Source: Candidatus Eiseniibacteriota bacterium (GTDB lineage: Bacteria; Eisenbacteria; RBG-16-71-46; CAZAMP01). From it: a stretch of 64,000 bases of DNA. The notes under the pieces are model-generated. The model did not search any database. It saw only the letters and a program-made list of their open reading frames with translations, and was not told the DNA's origin. How positions within the stretch are numbered: position 1 is the stretch's first letter; every line of letters begins with the position of its first letter. A program made the position numbers and the translations under genes. Location: NCBI GenBank assembly GCA_965224245.1, contig OZ245046.1, forward strand, positions 3,488,001-3,552,000, read 5' to 3'. This document shows, piece by piece, positions 8,841 through 19,115 of this stretch.

Positions 8841-10298
8841 CTAGTGTGAGGACTCGCTCGCGGCGACCACCGCCGCTCGCTTCGCGTGGACCTCCTCGGC
8901 CGCCGCGGCGAACTGCGGATCGGAAGGGAGCTTCACGCGCAGTGCCGCGCCCTCGCCGCCGGTTCGATAGGCGATCTCTTCGGCCAGCGCGGCGCCGAGC
9001 GCCTGGTCGGAGATCCCGTCGGCGGCTCCGGGTCGTTCGCGCGACACGAAGTCTCTGAACGCCGTCAGTGTGGACTCATCGAACGCGTGAGACAAGTCCG
9101 GCGCGTGCTCGGTGCCGGTGTCCAGGAAGCCCGTGACGAGCCCGTCCACGACCAGGTCGACGACGAGCGAATCGGCCCCGGCGGCGGCGACGTGGACGTC
9201 TGGCGCGATGCCTCCCTCGTGGGCGAGGGCCGGGTCGTCCGACGCGATCGCTTCCACGCTGCGCCCCGAGGGCGTGTAGTAGTGGGCGGTGGTCAGCTTC
9301 AGGGCATGGCCGCCGGTGAAGCCGAACACCGACTGCACCGACCCCTTGCCGAACGTGCGCGAGCCCACCAGGACGGCCCGGCCGTGATCCTGGAGCGCAC
9401 CCGCGACGATCTCGGCGGCGCTCGCGCTGCCCTCGTCCACGAGGATGGCCATGGGCAGCGTGCAGGTGTGCACGAGCCCGGCGCGGTAGAGTCGGTTCTC
9501 GGAGGTCTGACGGCTTCGCACCTCCACGATCGCCTCGCCGGCGTCGAGGAACAGCTCGGCCACCTCCACGGCCTGCGTCAGGAGACCGCCGGGATTGCCG
9601 CGCATGTCGAAGACCAGTCCCGTGGCGCCCGCATCCTCGATCTCGGACAGCGCCCTCGCCACGTCCTGCCCCGTCGTCTCGGAGAACCGGCGCAGACGAA
9701 GGTAGGCCACGTCGTCGAACCACAGCGGCCCGATCACGCTCTCCACGCGGATCTCCGACCGCGTCAGCGAGATCGAGAAACTCGAGGCGCCGGGGCGATC
9801 GATCGAGAGCTCCACCTCGGAGCCGAGGTCCCCCCGGAGGAGGTGGACGACGTCCCCGAGCGGCATCCCCTCGGTCTCGGTCCCGTCGATGGCCAGGACG
9901 CGGTCCCCGGGTCGGATCCCGGCCCTGGCGGCCGGCGTCGCGTCCATCGGGCTCACCACGGTCGGGAATCCCCCGCGCTCGGCCATCACGACCCCGACCC
10001 CGTGAAACCGGCCTCGCGTCGTGGACTGCATGGTCGTGTAGGCGTCGGGCTCGAGGAATCGCGAGTGGTCGTCCAGGCCCGTCATCACGCCCTCGATGGC
10101 GAGGCCGATCAGCTCCTCGGTGGAGAAGCGCGTGACGTAGTGGTCCTGCACGCGCTCGATGGTCTCGAAGAAAAGATGAAAGTGCTGGTAGATGTCCGCG
10201 TCGTCCGAGCCGGCAGAGCCGGGGTCGCCGGCGGCGACGCCGATCGCGGTCGAGACGAGCAGCAGCGGGGTCCAGACGAGGCGGCGGTGATGCTTCAC
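8841..10298 (-). CDS. ctpA: S41 family carboxy-terminal processing protease
   Basis: Signal peptide, PDZ region, DMRGNPGGLL, SASAAEIVAGALQD, TFGKGSVQ. GTG start is approximate. Confidence 0.9.
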   Translation of the reverse strand: MKHHRRLVWTPLLLVSTAIGVAAGDPGSAGSDDADIYQHFHLFFETIERVQDHYVTRFSTEELIGLAIEGVMTGLDDHSRFLEPDAYTTMQSTTRGRFHGVGVVMAERGGFPTVVSPMDATPAARAGIRPGDRVLAIDGTETEGMPLGDVVHLLRGDLGSEVELSIDRPGASSFSISLTRSEIRVESVIGPLWFDDVAYLRLRRFSETTGQDVARALSEIEDAGATGLVFDMRGNPGGLLTQAVEVAELFLDAGEAIVEVRSRQTSENRLYRAGLVHTCTLPMAILVDEGSASAAEIVAGALQDHGRAVLVGSRTFGKGSVQSVFGFTGGHALKLTTAHYYTPSGRSVEAIASDDPALAHEGGIAPDVHVAAAGADSLVVDLVVDGLVTGFLDTGTEHAPDLSHAFDESTLTAFRDFVSRERPGAADGISDQALGAALAEEIAYRTGGEGAALRVKLPSDPQFAAAAEEVHAKRAAVVAASESSH

Positions 10299-10453
10299 GA
10301 TGATGATCCTTCGTGCTGGCGCCGGGGCGCGGTGCTGCACGAAGTATATCAACTGCGCTATGTTTTCGGGGAAGCCCCCTGCGCCGCCTCGAGCCGGAAA
10401 CGACGCGGACGCGCGACTCCGGTCGAGGTCGGCCGCGCCGGTGGGCCGCGCGG

Positions 10454-11083
10454 CTAGTCCGGGCCGGCGCCGATCAGGTCCCGCGTGCTCTCCCAGACGC
10501 GCGCCGCGATCTCGTCCGCGGACCGGGTCGCATCCAGGACCACCACCCGCGGCTCGGTGGCGAGCGACAGATACGTCTCGCGCACCCGGTCGTGAAACGC
10601 GATCGCTTCGCGCTCGAGCCGATCCAGGCCGCCGCGTCCTCGAACTCGCGCGAGGCCCTCTCGCGGATCCAGGTCCAGCAGGAACGTGCGATCGGGCCAG
10701 CGCGATCGCGTCGCGAAGGTGTTGAGCTCGGTCACGAGGTCCACGCCGAGCTCACGGCCGCCGCCCTGGTAGGCCGTGCTGGCATCCACGTAGCGGTCGC
10801 AGATCACGACGCGGCCCGCCGAGAGCGCCGGCTCCAGCTCGCGATCGACGAGCTCGGCCCGCGCGGCGAGGTAGAGAAGGAGCTCGGCCCGGGCCGACAC
10901 CGGCCCGCTCCCCGCATCCAGGAGAATCGCGCGCACGCGCTCGCCGAGCGGTGTGGCGCCGGGCTCCCGGAAGATCGCCGGCTCGCGACCGATCCCGGTG
11001 AGGCGCTCGGCGAGCCGTCCGATCTGCGTCGTCTTGCCCGCGCCCTCGCCTCCCTCGAACGTGATGAGGACCCCGGTGCTCAT
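10454..11083 (-). CDS. tmk: Thymidylate kinase
   Basis: ITFEGGEGAGKTTQ, REPG, DRYVDASTAYQG. Confidence 0.95.
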   Translation of the reverse strand: MSTGVLITFEGGEGAGKTTQIGRLAERLTGIGREPAIFREPGATPLGERVRAILLDAGSGPVSARAELLLYLAARAELVDRELEPALSAGRVVICDRYVDASTAYQGGGRELGVDLVTELNTFATRSRWPDRTFLLDLDPREGLARVRGRGGLDRLEREAIAFHDRVRETYLSLATEPRVVVLDATRSADEIAARVWESTRDLIGAGPD

Positions 11084-11667
11084 TCGTCCGCGAGCTTGCC
11101 GTACACGTGGACCAGTCGGTGGAGCGCGGTCGCGTGTACGAGCACGACCAGGACCCACAACACGATCGAGACCGCGGGCCCCCCGATCAGACACATCGCG
11201 ATCATCAGCACCAGACGTTCGGGGCGCTCCATCAGACCCACCGTGCAGGTGGTGCCGACGCCCTCGGCGCGCGCGCGCACGTAGCTGACCAGGAGCGATC
11301 CGAGCAGCACGAGCACGATCGCCAGGAGCGTCCAGTCGGCGCCCCCACGCCCGGCGAAGTACCAGGCGAGTCCGGCGAGAAAGAACCCCTCCGCGTACCG
11401 GTCGAGCGTCGAGTCGAGAAACGCGCCGCGGGCCGACGTGCGCCCGCTCTTGCGGGCGACCGCGCCGTCCATCATGTCGAAGATGCCCGAGAAGAGGAGC
11501 CACACGCCGCTCTCGCGAATACCCCCACGTGCGGCCGTCACGCCGGCCACGATCGCGCAGGCGAGCCCCACGATCGTCAGGACGTTGGGGTGCACGTTCG
11601 CCGAGGCGAGAAACGCCACCACGGGATCGAACACGCTGCGGACGTTCTCCTTGAACTCGTGAACCAT
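11080..11667 (-). CDS. CDP-alcohol phosphatidyltransferase, PIP-synthase-like
   Basis: PNVLT, DMMDGAVAR...GAFLDSTLDR, SYVRARAEG, GLMERPER. Confidence 0.88.
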   Translation of the reverse strand: MVHEFKENVRSVFDPVVAFLASANVHPNVLTIVGLACAIVAGVTAARGGIRESGVWLLFSGIFDMMDGAVARKSGRTSARGAFLDSTLDRYAEGFFLAGLAWYFAGRGGADWTLLAIVLVLLGSLLVSYVRARAEGVGTTCTVGLMERPERLVLMIAMCLIGGPAVSIVLWVLVVLVHATALHRLVHVYGKLADE

Positions 11668-11717
11668 GAACCGACCTCGATTCCGCCGCGAAGTCGCGGC
11701 TCGCTGACGTGCGGGGG

Positions 11718-12539
11718 CTAGCCGAAGACCTCGCGCGTTCGTGCCCTGGCCTCTGCCGGTGAAAGACCTTCCGCGAGAAGCCGCTCGTACGTGGCCAGCG
11801 CCTCGCCGTGAAACGTCGGGTCGTCGTCCGCCTCGTCCCTCGCTCCTGCCACGACGATCGTGAGCTCCCCACGCACCCGCTCGGTCTCCGCCCATGTGAC
11901 GAGCTCGGAGAGCCGCCCGCGCACGAACTCCTCGTGACGCTTGGTCAGCTCGCGCGCGAGCACCGCCGGGCGATCGCCGAGCGCCGCGACCAGATCGCCG
12001 AGCGTCTTCGCCAGCCGGGGCGGTGCCTCGTAGACGATGAGCGTCGCGTGGAGCGCTCCGAACTCCTCGAGCACGCGGCGGCGCCGAATGCGTCGGGGCG
12101 GCAGGTACCCGATAAAGCAAAACCGATCGGTCGGCAAGCCCGACGCCGCCAGTGCCGCCAGCGCGGCCGAGGGTCCCGGAACCGGAACCACCCGCACGCC
12201 GGCCTCCACCGCGGCCACCACCAGCCGGTAGCCCGGATCACTGACCGACGGCGTTCCGGCATCCGTCACGAGCGCCAGGGTCCGCCCGTCGACGAGCGCA
12301 CCGACGAGGCCGGGCGTCGTGGCGGCCTCGTTGTGCTCGTGATGACTCACCAGGCGCGCGCGAATGCCCAGGCGCTCGAGGAGACGGCCGGTGTGGCGAG
12401 TGTCCTCGCACACGACCTGGTCGGCGGTGCGGAGCGTCTCCTCGGCTCTCGGGGACAGGTCGGCCACGTTTCCGATCGGGGTCGACACCACGAACAGCGT
12501 TCCGGCGCGGTCGCTCACGACGATCTCCGGCGCCACCAT
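11718..12539 (-). CDS. rsmI: 16S rRNA C1402 2'-O-methyltransferase
   Basis: TPIGN, CEDTR, DAGTPSVSDPG, RELTKRHEE. Confidence 0.95.
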   Translation of the reverse strand: MVAPEIVVSDRAGTLFVVSTPIGNVADLSPRAEETLRTADQVVCEDTRHTGRLLERLGIRARLVSHHEHNEAATTPGLVGALVDGRTLALVTDAGTPSVSDPGYRLVVAAVEAGVRVVPVPGPSAALAALAASGLPTDRFCFIGYLPPRRIRRRRVLEEFGALHATLIVYEAPPRLAKTLGDLVAALGDRPAVLARELTKRHEEFVRGRLSELVTWAETERVRGELTIVVAGARDEADDDPTFHGEALATYERLLAEGLSPAEARARTREVFG

Positions 12540-14992
12540 CCGACGAGCCCGAAGGCGATCGAGCCCAGGGCCAGGAGGCGCCCGCCGTTCGAGAGACGCG
12601 ACGCCAGCACCTGCGAGGCGTCGTGAAACTCGAACACGACGTCGTGCTCGCCCGGAGGCACGGCGACCGCGCGTGCCACGTAGTCGGCGGGGACGATCGG
12701 AACCGGCTCGCCGTCCAGCGTGGCTCGCCAGTCCGTGTAGTAGGCGTCGGCGAGCACCAAGTAGCCTCCGTCACCGGACGTGCGCACGTCGACGCGCTCG
12801 TCGGCGTAGTGCGTCAGACGCGCGGTCGCGTGCCACGCGGTGGAGTCGGACGGGGCGCCCGCCCCCGCCGGCAACGGATGCGGAGACTCCAGCAGAACGG
12901 TGGACGTGGGATCGAAGTCCGGCTCGGCCAGCCGATCGAACATCGCGAGCGGGTCCTCGATCACCTCGGCGGTCGGCACCACCCAAGCCCGCTGGCTCGG
13001 ACCGTCGTACTCGAGCACGAGGATGTCGCCCACCGGGGACGGAGACGTCGTGATCAGGGGCAGCCCCATCTGCTCCGCGAGCGACTGACGATCCTCGGGA
13101 TGCAGACGCACGCCGGGAACGTGGATGATGACGTGCGACACGTCGAACATCGGCCAGAGCGAGTGGTTGTTCCAGGCCCCGACGTCGACAAAGTCGCGGA
13201 AGCGCCGGAGACCGGCGACGTGGTAGCCGCCGACCGTCTGCACGTCGATCTGGCCGTACTCGTTTCCCTTGTGCAGCTTCAGCTCCGCCGAGCTCTCACC
13301 CACGAAGAGATCGAACACCAGCACGCGCCGCGGCTCGGGCTCCGCACGCAGGATCCGCTCGACGTCTGGAGGAAGGCCGATGGTCTCCTGGATGCGCGCG
13401 GGCGCCATGGGCGCGTAGAACTGACGGTCGAGTCGAACCAGATCGACCGCGAGCAACACGAAGAGCCCACCCCAGAACGCCGCGACGGGGACGGTCCCCC
13501 GCCGGCGGAGCCAGCCGAGGCCGAGGACGCCCAGCGCCAGGAGCGAGGTGACGAGAAGATCCGAGTACCGCATGTCTCGACGCGCCTCGAGAATCTCGGG
13601 GGGGACCAGCGCCAGCGACTCGCCCGGCTTGGTGTACCCGGCGCCTGGCTCCGCGCCGGACAGCCCGCCCAGCAGACCGGCCAGCGCCGTGAGGGCGAAC
13701 ACGATCGCCAGCCCGACGAGAACGCGATCGGCCCGGCGGTCGGTCGCGACCGCATCGTCCGATGGGGGCTCCACGTCGGCGTCCGCGCGCCGGGATCCCA
13801 GCCAGTCCGCCGCGCGCATCATCGGCCACAACGCCAGGAACGGCAGCAGCCCGTAGATCATCGAGGGCACACGAAACCGATCGAAGAGCGGCAGCACGTC
13901 GTAGAGCGTTCGATACACCGCCGAGGCGTGGCGCCCGAACCCGATGGACAGCACCACGACGACCGACACCGTCACGAACCACCGCCGCCAGCCGGTCAGC
14001 AGCGCCATGCCGAGCGCGGCCAGCACGAGCGGGACGATGCCCAGCGCGTGCGTCGATTGCGTGAACGGCATCCAGCCGAAGTACGTGGCGGTCTGCAATC
14101 CGTAGTAGGACGGGAACACCAGCGAGATCAGCTCTCGTGGGTGGAACGACCAGTTGGTCGCGTACGCCCACGGCAGCGCGCCGCCTCCGCCGGCCTCGGG
14201 CAGGACGCTCGGCGCCCCGCGGATCGATTCGCCGATGTAGTGCGCGACCGGCACGTACGGCAGCGTGACCATCAACCCGGCGAGAACGAGAGCGGCGGCC
14301 AGCTCGGCCGCGCGACGACCTCGAACGCCGCTCCCCTCGCGCCACAGCCGCACCACGACGTAGGGACCGGCGATCATCCAGCTGTAGTAGATGATCTGCG
14401 GGTGGTTGGCCCAGAACTGGAGCGCGATCGCGATCGCGGCGACCCCGATGCCGAGCGCGCCCCCGCGCGCGAGCAGAAACTCGAGGCCCCAGAACACCAG
14501 CGGCAGGAACATCAGCGCCATCATCTTCGAGCTGTGACCGGCGCCCAGGTTTCCCAGCATGTACGGCGTGAACAGATACGCGGCCGTGCCCGCGAGAGCG
14601 GCCGGACGGCTCGCACCGCGTCCCCGGAACAGAGCGAAGAGCGCGATCGCACCGATCGCGAACCACAGGCAGTAGCGCGAGCCGCGGTTCATGTCGAACG
14701 TGCGGTGGGCCCAGCTGAGCGGACTCCCCGGCGTGAAGATGAAGCTCCCGTAGGACGGCATGCCGAGGAAGATGTCGGGGTACCAGAGCGGAACGTGACC
14801 GGTCTCGGCCATGTTCCGCTCGGCCCACGCCTTGTGAGCCTCGGCGGACGCGGTGTCCGCCGCGAGGGGCTCGCGTCCGTCGAAGACCATCGCGCGGAAC
14901 ACGAAGACGGTCAGCGCGATGAACCCGATCACGATCAGCGCGGAGACGACCGGGCCGCGGGGCGCGACGGCGCGCGAAGTGGAGTCGGTCAT
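12515..14992 (-). CDS. YfhO-family polytopic membrane protein (GT-C-type glycosyltransferase)
   Basis: PLWYPDIFLGMPS, NHPQIIYY, FRVPSM; C-terminal LVLADAYYTDWRA..DG...ADYVARAVAVPPGEHDVVFEF; many TM segments. Confidence 0.85.
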   Translation of the reverse strand: MTDSTSRAVAPRGPVVSALIVIGFIALTVFVFRAMVFDGREPLAADTASAEAHKAWAERNMAETGHVPLWYPDIFLGMPSYGSFIFTPGSPLSWAHRTFDMNRGSRYCLWFAIGAIALFALFRGRGASRPAALAGTAAYLFTPYMLGNLGAGHSSKMMALMFLPLVFWGLEFLLARGGALGIGVAAIAIALQFWANHPQIIYYSWMIAGPYVVVRLWREGSGVRGRRAAELAAALVLAGLMVTLPYVPVAHYIGESIRGAPSVLPEAGGGGALPWAYATNWSFHPRELISLVFPSYYGLQTATYFGWMPFTQSTHALGIVPLVLAALGMALLTGWRRWFVTVSVVVVLSIGFGRHASAVYRTLYDVLPLFDRFRVPSMIYGLLPFLALWPMMRAADWLGSRRADADVEPPSDDAVATDRRADRVLVGLAIVFALTALAGLLGGLSGAEPGAGYTKPGESLALVPPEILEARRDMRYSDLLVTSLLALGVLGLGWLRRRGTVPVAAFWGGLFVLLAVDLVRLDRQFYAPMAPARIQETIGLPPDVERILRAEPEPRRVLVFDLFVGESSAELKLHKGNEYGQIDVQTVGGYHVAGLRRFRDFVDVGAWNNHSLWPMFDVSHVIIHVPGVRLHPEDRQSLAEQMGLPLITTSPSPVGDILVLEYDGPSQRAWVVPTAEVIEDPLAMFDRLAEPDFDPTSTVLLESPHPLPAGAGAPSDSTAWHATARLTHYADERVDVRTSGDGGYLVLADAYYTDWRATLDGEPVPIVPADYVARAVAVPPGEHDVVFEFHDASQVLASRLSNGGRLLALGSIAFGLVGWWRRRSS

Positions 14993-15182
14993 CCCAGAGC
15001 CTCGGCAGGAGTGTCGGCGATCGCGGCACCGCGACCGCCCGTCGATCGCCGCGCCCGGCGTGCGGGCGCGGCGGGTCGCCCCGGCGGCTGTGCGGCGAAG
15101 AGCCGCGGGGGACGCCTCATCCCATCATCCCGCAACGACATGAGCGGGTGGTCGGGGACGACGGGGATGCACGCGCGATGTA

Positions 15183-15461
15183 TCAGGGCATCGCGACCTT
15201 GTCTTTGAGCTCCTTGGATACCTTGAACACGGGCACGCGCCGCGCGGGCACCTCGACGGCCTCGCCGGTGCGCGGGTTGCGCGCGATGCGCGCCTTGCGG
15301 TCCTTCACCTTGAACGTCCCGAAGCCGCGAATCTCGATGTGCTTACCCGACTCCAAGGCCCGAGCGACCGCGGTCAGAAACTCGTCGACGGTTTCCGCCA
15401 CGTCCTTCTTCGTGAGTCCCGTCCGTTCAGCGATCTCGTCGACCAGATCCGCCTTGGTCAT
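15183..15461 (-). CDS. hup: HU/IHF family DNA-binding protein
   Basis: MTKADLVDEIA...IEIRGFGTFKVKDRKARIARNPRTGE...VPVFK. Confidence 0.93.
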   Translation of the reverse strand: MTKADLVDEIAERTGLTKKDVAETVDEFLTAVARALESGKHIEIRGFGTFKVKDRKARIARNPRTGEAVEVPARRVPVFKVSKELKDKVAMP

Positions 15462-15566
15462 CGCTTCCCTCCTGCTCCTCGCCCGATGGGTGACCCATGC
15501 GGCGAGGGGTGTGTCGACTTGGCGCCGGGGCACATCATGAAGCGCCGCAACATCTTAACCGGATCG

Positions 15567-15595
15567 ACGCTAGCACGGGCTTTTGGGAGGGTCAA
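15567..15595 (-). promoter_or_regulatory. Sigma-70 promoter for the HU gene
   Basis: TTGACC-N17-TAGCGT with an upstream T-tract. Confidence 0.6.
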
Positions 15596-15632
15596 GAAAA
15601 AAGAGGTGTCTAACTCTTTGACTCGCTTGAAG

Positions 15633-16613
15633 CTACCGAGAACCCGGCGACGATTCGTTTGCGTCTCGAATGTGGAGCTGGAACTCGGCGGGGTGGATTC
15701 CGATGATCCGGAGCCCTCCCGCGAGGTCGACCGACGGCGTCACGGTGTGCGTGCCGGGGCCGAGACCGGCCGCGTCGACGTGGATCGTGATGCCCGTCGG
15801 CTCGCCGCGCGCGGCTCGCTCCCCGAGCCGATCGAGCCGGCTCCGGGGGCCGAAGAGCGTGACCGCGCCCGAGTCCGGGGTCACGTCCACGAGGTAGCGG
15901 CGCGCGTTCCGGACCGCGACCGGGATCGCGTCGAGCTTCAGCTGGGAGACGGGCTCGACGTCGGCGTGGACGGCCACGGTGCCCGGGTGCGCGGTGAGCC
16001 CGCGCGGAAGCGATATCTCGACGCGCTCGGAGACCGGACGATCCCAGGTCGACGTGTCGATGGGGCGCGTCCGGACCCCTTCGAGTCCCTCGACGATTCG
16101 CTCGGGCCCGGTGATCGCGACCGCCGACGGAGCGATGGTGACCTCGCCGCTGATGTCGAACCCCTCCGGCGGCGACCCGACCAGCGCGGCCTCGACGTCC
16201 ACCTCGCGGGTGAGCCGCTCGTCGAGACTCAGCGTCAACGCCTTCGGCTCGATGATCGCCAGCACGTTGACCGGAAGATCGAGCGGAACCACCACGTCGC
16301 CCCGGGCGAGGACCCGGCGGACGTCGGTCTCGTCTCCATCGAGACGGACCGCGACGAACACCCCGCTCTCGGCGGGCGGCGTGGAGCGGAGCTTCAGCGC
16401 CAGCCGTCCCTTGGCCGAGACGCGAATCGTCGCCAGCGGCGGCGGCTGACTCACGAGCACCATGTCGGGCGGGCGCTCCACGACGAGCCGAACATCCAGA
16501 TCCAGCTCGTGCTCGGTGTCGAGGTACACCCCCCCGAACACGACGAGGGCGAGCCCCAGGGCCAGGAGCTTGGCGCCCAGGTTCTCGGTCAGCCGCCTCC
16601 GGATCGGTGTCAT
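15633..16613 (-). CDS. YbbR/CdaR-like domain protein
   Basis: ENLGAKLLALGLAL N-terminal anchor followed by YbbR-like beta repeats (P..V.I.GP). Confidence 0.8.
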   Translation of the reverse strand: MTPIRRRLTENLGAKLLALGLALVVFGGVYLDTEHELDLDVRLVVERPPDMVLVSQPPPLATIRVSAKGRLALKLRSTPPAESGVFVAVRLDGDETDVRRVLARGDVVVPLDLPVNVLAIIEPKALTLSLDERLTREVDVEAALVGSPPEGFDISGEVTIAPSAVAITGPERIVEGLEGVRTRPIDTSTWDRPVSERVEISLPRGLTAHPGTVAVHADVEPVSQLKLDAIPVAVRNARRYLVDVTPDSGAVTLFGPRSRLDRLGERAARGEPTGITIHVDAAGLGPGTHTVTPSVDLAGGLRIIGIHPAEFQLHIRDANESSPGSR

Positions 16614-16665
16614 CCCCACCTCGCTTCGGGCGCGCGCCGTCGCGCGCGCCGCCCGGTCGCGCCGG

Positions 16666-17502
16666 TCAGGCGCGCGTCGCCAGGAACCACGCACCCGTCG
16701 TCAAGAGCTCTCCGAGTCCCGGCAACCGGCCGAGGAGCCCGGCCCGGACGACGGGAACGCGATACCGATACCGAAACGCGGGGCGCAACACAAACGCCGT
16801 TTCGTCCACGAGGGTCAGCGGACTCGATGCGATCGCGGCTCGCATGCGGCGCCGGCCGAGGCGGCAGCGTCCCAGGTGCAGGACCTCGGCCGAGTGGTCG
16901 GGGTCGAGACGCCGCGCCAGACCCAGGAAGCCCGGCACGTGCTGGATCCAGGGGAGCTTCAGGATCGGCCGTGACAGGAGCTGCTGGTGCGCGCCGAACG
17001 GCGACGCATAGGGCGGAAAGGTGAACAGCACGTGCCCGCCGGGTGCCAGGAGTCGCGCCAGCACCCCGAGCGCGCGATCCAGCGCCTCGACGTGTTCGAT
17101 CACGTCGCGAAGGAGAACGAGCGCGTACGGCGGACGGAGCTCTCCGAGGGTCGCCTGGTCGGTCACGTCACCGACCGCGAACCGGATCGCGCCGAATCCG
17201 AGGGGCTCGTTGATCGCGCGCGCGAGCTCGGTCCGCGGCGCCGAGAGCTCCAGACCGTCGGCGTCGAGGCCGGTCGCCACGTGGAGCGCGGCCAGACAGC
17301 CGCCCTCGCCGGCGCCCACCTCGAGCAGTCGCCCCGACGAGGGCCGCGCCCCATGCGCGTCGAGGTAGGGCAGGATGTGGTCGCGTGTGATCGCCCCCTG
17401 GAACTCCCAGTACGCGACCTTCCAGCGCGGCACGTCCGGTCCCAGACGCGCGAGGTCGGCCTCGGACAGCGTGGGGCGCAGTCGCTCGGCCCAGTACGTC
17501 AT
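16666..17502 (-). CDS. Class I SAM-dependent methyltransferase
   Basis: LLEVGAGEGG, LLRDVIEHV, LAPGG, FPPYASPFGAHQ. Confidence 0.85.
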   Translation of the reverse strand: MTYWAERLRPTLSEADLARLGPDVPRWKVAYWEFQGAITRDHILPYLDAHGARPSSGRLLEVGAGEGGCLAALHVATGLDADGLELSAPRTELARAINEPLGFGAIRFAVGDVTDQATLGELRPPYALVLLRDVIEHVEALDRALGVLARLLAPGGHVLFTFPPYASPFGAHQQLLSRPILKLPWIQHVPGFLGLARRLDPDHSAEVLHLGRCRLGRRRMRAAIASSPLTLVDETAFVLRPAFRYRYRVPVVRAGLLGRLPGLGELLTTGAWFLATRA

Positions 17503-19115
17503 CGAGGATTCCCCGGCGTGACGCCATCCTCGCCGACCACCTGGAAGATCACGTACCAGAACGTCGGGATCGGCATGTCCTTGGCCATCGGCCGGTAGCG
17601 TTCCGGGCGCCGCGCGAAGTACTCGGCCGGCACGTTGCCCTCCAGACGGTGGCTGAAGTGACTCTCCCAGACCACGAAGCTGCCGGCGGGAAGGCGGCGC
17701 AGCGTCTCGATCGTGACCAGCGGGTACCGCGTGCGATCGAACCGATCGTGGTCTCCCAGGAAGAAGAACCACGGGTGATTGACGGCCACCGGTCGACCGC
17801 GGGCGTTCGCATCGATCCAGCGCACGATGTCGGCGACCGCGCGTCGCTCGGGATTGAGCCCGATCGGCGGCTCGGCCACCGCCGTGGTCACCACGAGGAC
17901 GGCGACGACGGCCCACGCCCGGCGTGCCACGTCGCGGACGAGGGCGAACGCGGCGGCAGCCGCCACCGCGCTCCCGAACCAGATCCACGGCTCGACACCC
18001 CGGTTGACCGGGTGCTCCCACACGAGCTCGTGCACGCCGAACACCGCGATCGCGAGCGTGTGCGCGAGCGCGAGCGCCACGGCGACCCGATCGACCCACG
18101 CCCCGCGCCCACCGCGACCGGCTCCCGCGGGCTCCCAGGCAAAGCCGGCCACGAGCGCGATGAACGGACCGATGGCCACGAAGTGACGCAGATAGCCGAC
18201 GCTGCCCCCGATGTCGTGAGCGTTCCAGGCCAGGAGGCTCAGCCCCGCGAGCAGTGTGAGCACGCTCCCCGCCACGATCGTGCGACCGGTCCGCGCTCCA
18301 ACGCGCGTGGACCCCCGCGGCGCCGCGTCGGTGGGATCCGCGTCGCGGGCGCGGACGAGACCGCACAGCACGAACGCGTACAGCGCACCGCCGGTGACCA
18401 TCGGAAACGTCCGGACGTGATGGACGAGCGGCTGCCCCCCGGCGAAGGAGCGTCCGAACTCGTTCCCGAGGAGCTGGTTCAGGAGCCACAGCGGCTCGCC
18501 GTCGACGATCCATCCCCCGACGTTCCACACGATCAGACCGAGCGCGGCGAGTGGCAGCGGTCGTGGTCCGTACCGGCGTACGAGCGGCACGAGCAGCCAC
18601 GGCAGGACGAGAACCAGCTCCAGCCGCGTCAGGGGCACGAGCCCGATCAGGAAACCTGACAGCATCGCCCGGCCTCTCATCAGGGACCAGAGCGCGGCCG
18701 TCAGGAGCAACGCCGCCAGCGGCTCGACCAGCCCGCTGTACCCGAGCTTGAACGCGAAGGGCTGCGCCGCCACCGCCACCGCCACCGGCAATCGGACCGC
18801 ACCGAGCCCCAGCGCGCCGGCGACGCTCCAGGTCACCAGCAGCGTCGCCGCCGACACGAGCGCCGTCGTGATCTCGACCGCCCCGTACCCGAGCTGCGAC
18901 GGCAGCGCGTACACGAGCGTGAAGAGCGGCCGGCCCCACAGGCTGATCAGCTTGGAGGGATCGTGGATGCTCTGCTTGGCCAGGAAGTAGTGGGCGATGT
19001 CGTCGTCGTTGAACGTTCCGGGCGAGAGCCGGCCGTAGATCACCCAGACGAGAAGCCACACGACGCACACGGCCAGCACGCGCGCGTCGGGTCGGGTGGG
19101 GCGCACGGCGATCAT
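17499..19115 (-). CDS. Polytopic membrane protein, probable GT-C (ArnT/PMT-like) glycosyltransferase
   Basis: First loop NDDDIAHY, WGRPLFT, LVEP, TRLE, YLRH; about 11-13 TM segments; ATG overlaps the upstream TGA. Confidence 0.65.
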   Translation of the reverse strand: MIAVRPTRPDARVLAVCVVWLLVWVIYGRLSPGTFNDDDIAHYFLAKQSIHDPSKLISLWGRPLFTLVYALPSQLGYGAVEITTALVSAATLLVTWSVAGALGLGAVRLPVAVAVAAQPFAFKLGYSGLVEPLAALLLTAALWSLMRGRAMLSGFLIGLVPLTRLELVLVLPWLLVPLVRRYGPRPLPLAALGLIVWNVGGWIVDGEPLWLLNQLLGNEFGRSFAGGQPLVHHVRTFPMVTGGALYAFVLCGLVRARDADPTDAAPRGSTRVGARTGRTIVAGSVLTLLAGLSLLAWNAHDIGGSVGYLRHFVAIGPFIALVAGFAWEPAGAGRGGRGAWVDRVAVALALAHTLAIAVFGVHELVWEHPVNRGVEPWIWFGSAVAAAAAFALVRDVARRAWAVVAVLVVTTAVAEPPIGLNPERRAVADIVRWIDANARGRPVAVNHPWFFFLGDHDRFDRTRYPLVTIETLRRLPAGSFVVWESHFSHRLEGNVPAEYFARRPERYRPMAKDMPIPTFWYVIFQVVGEDGVTPGNPR

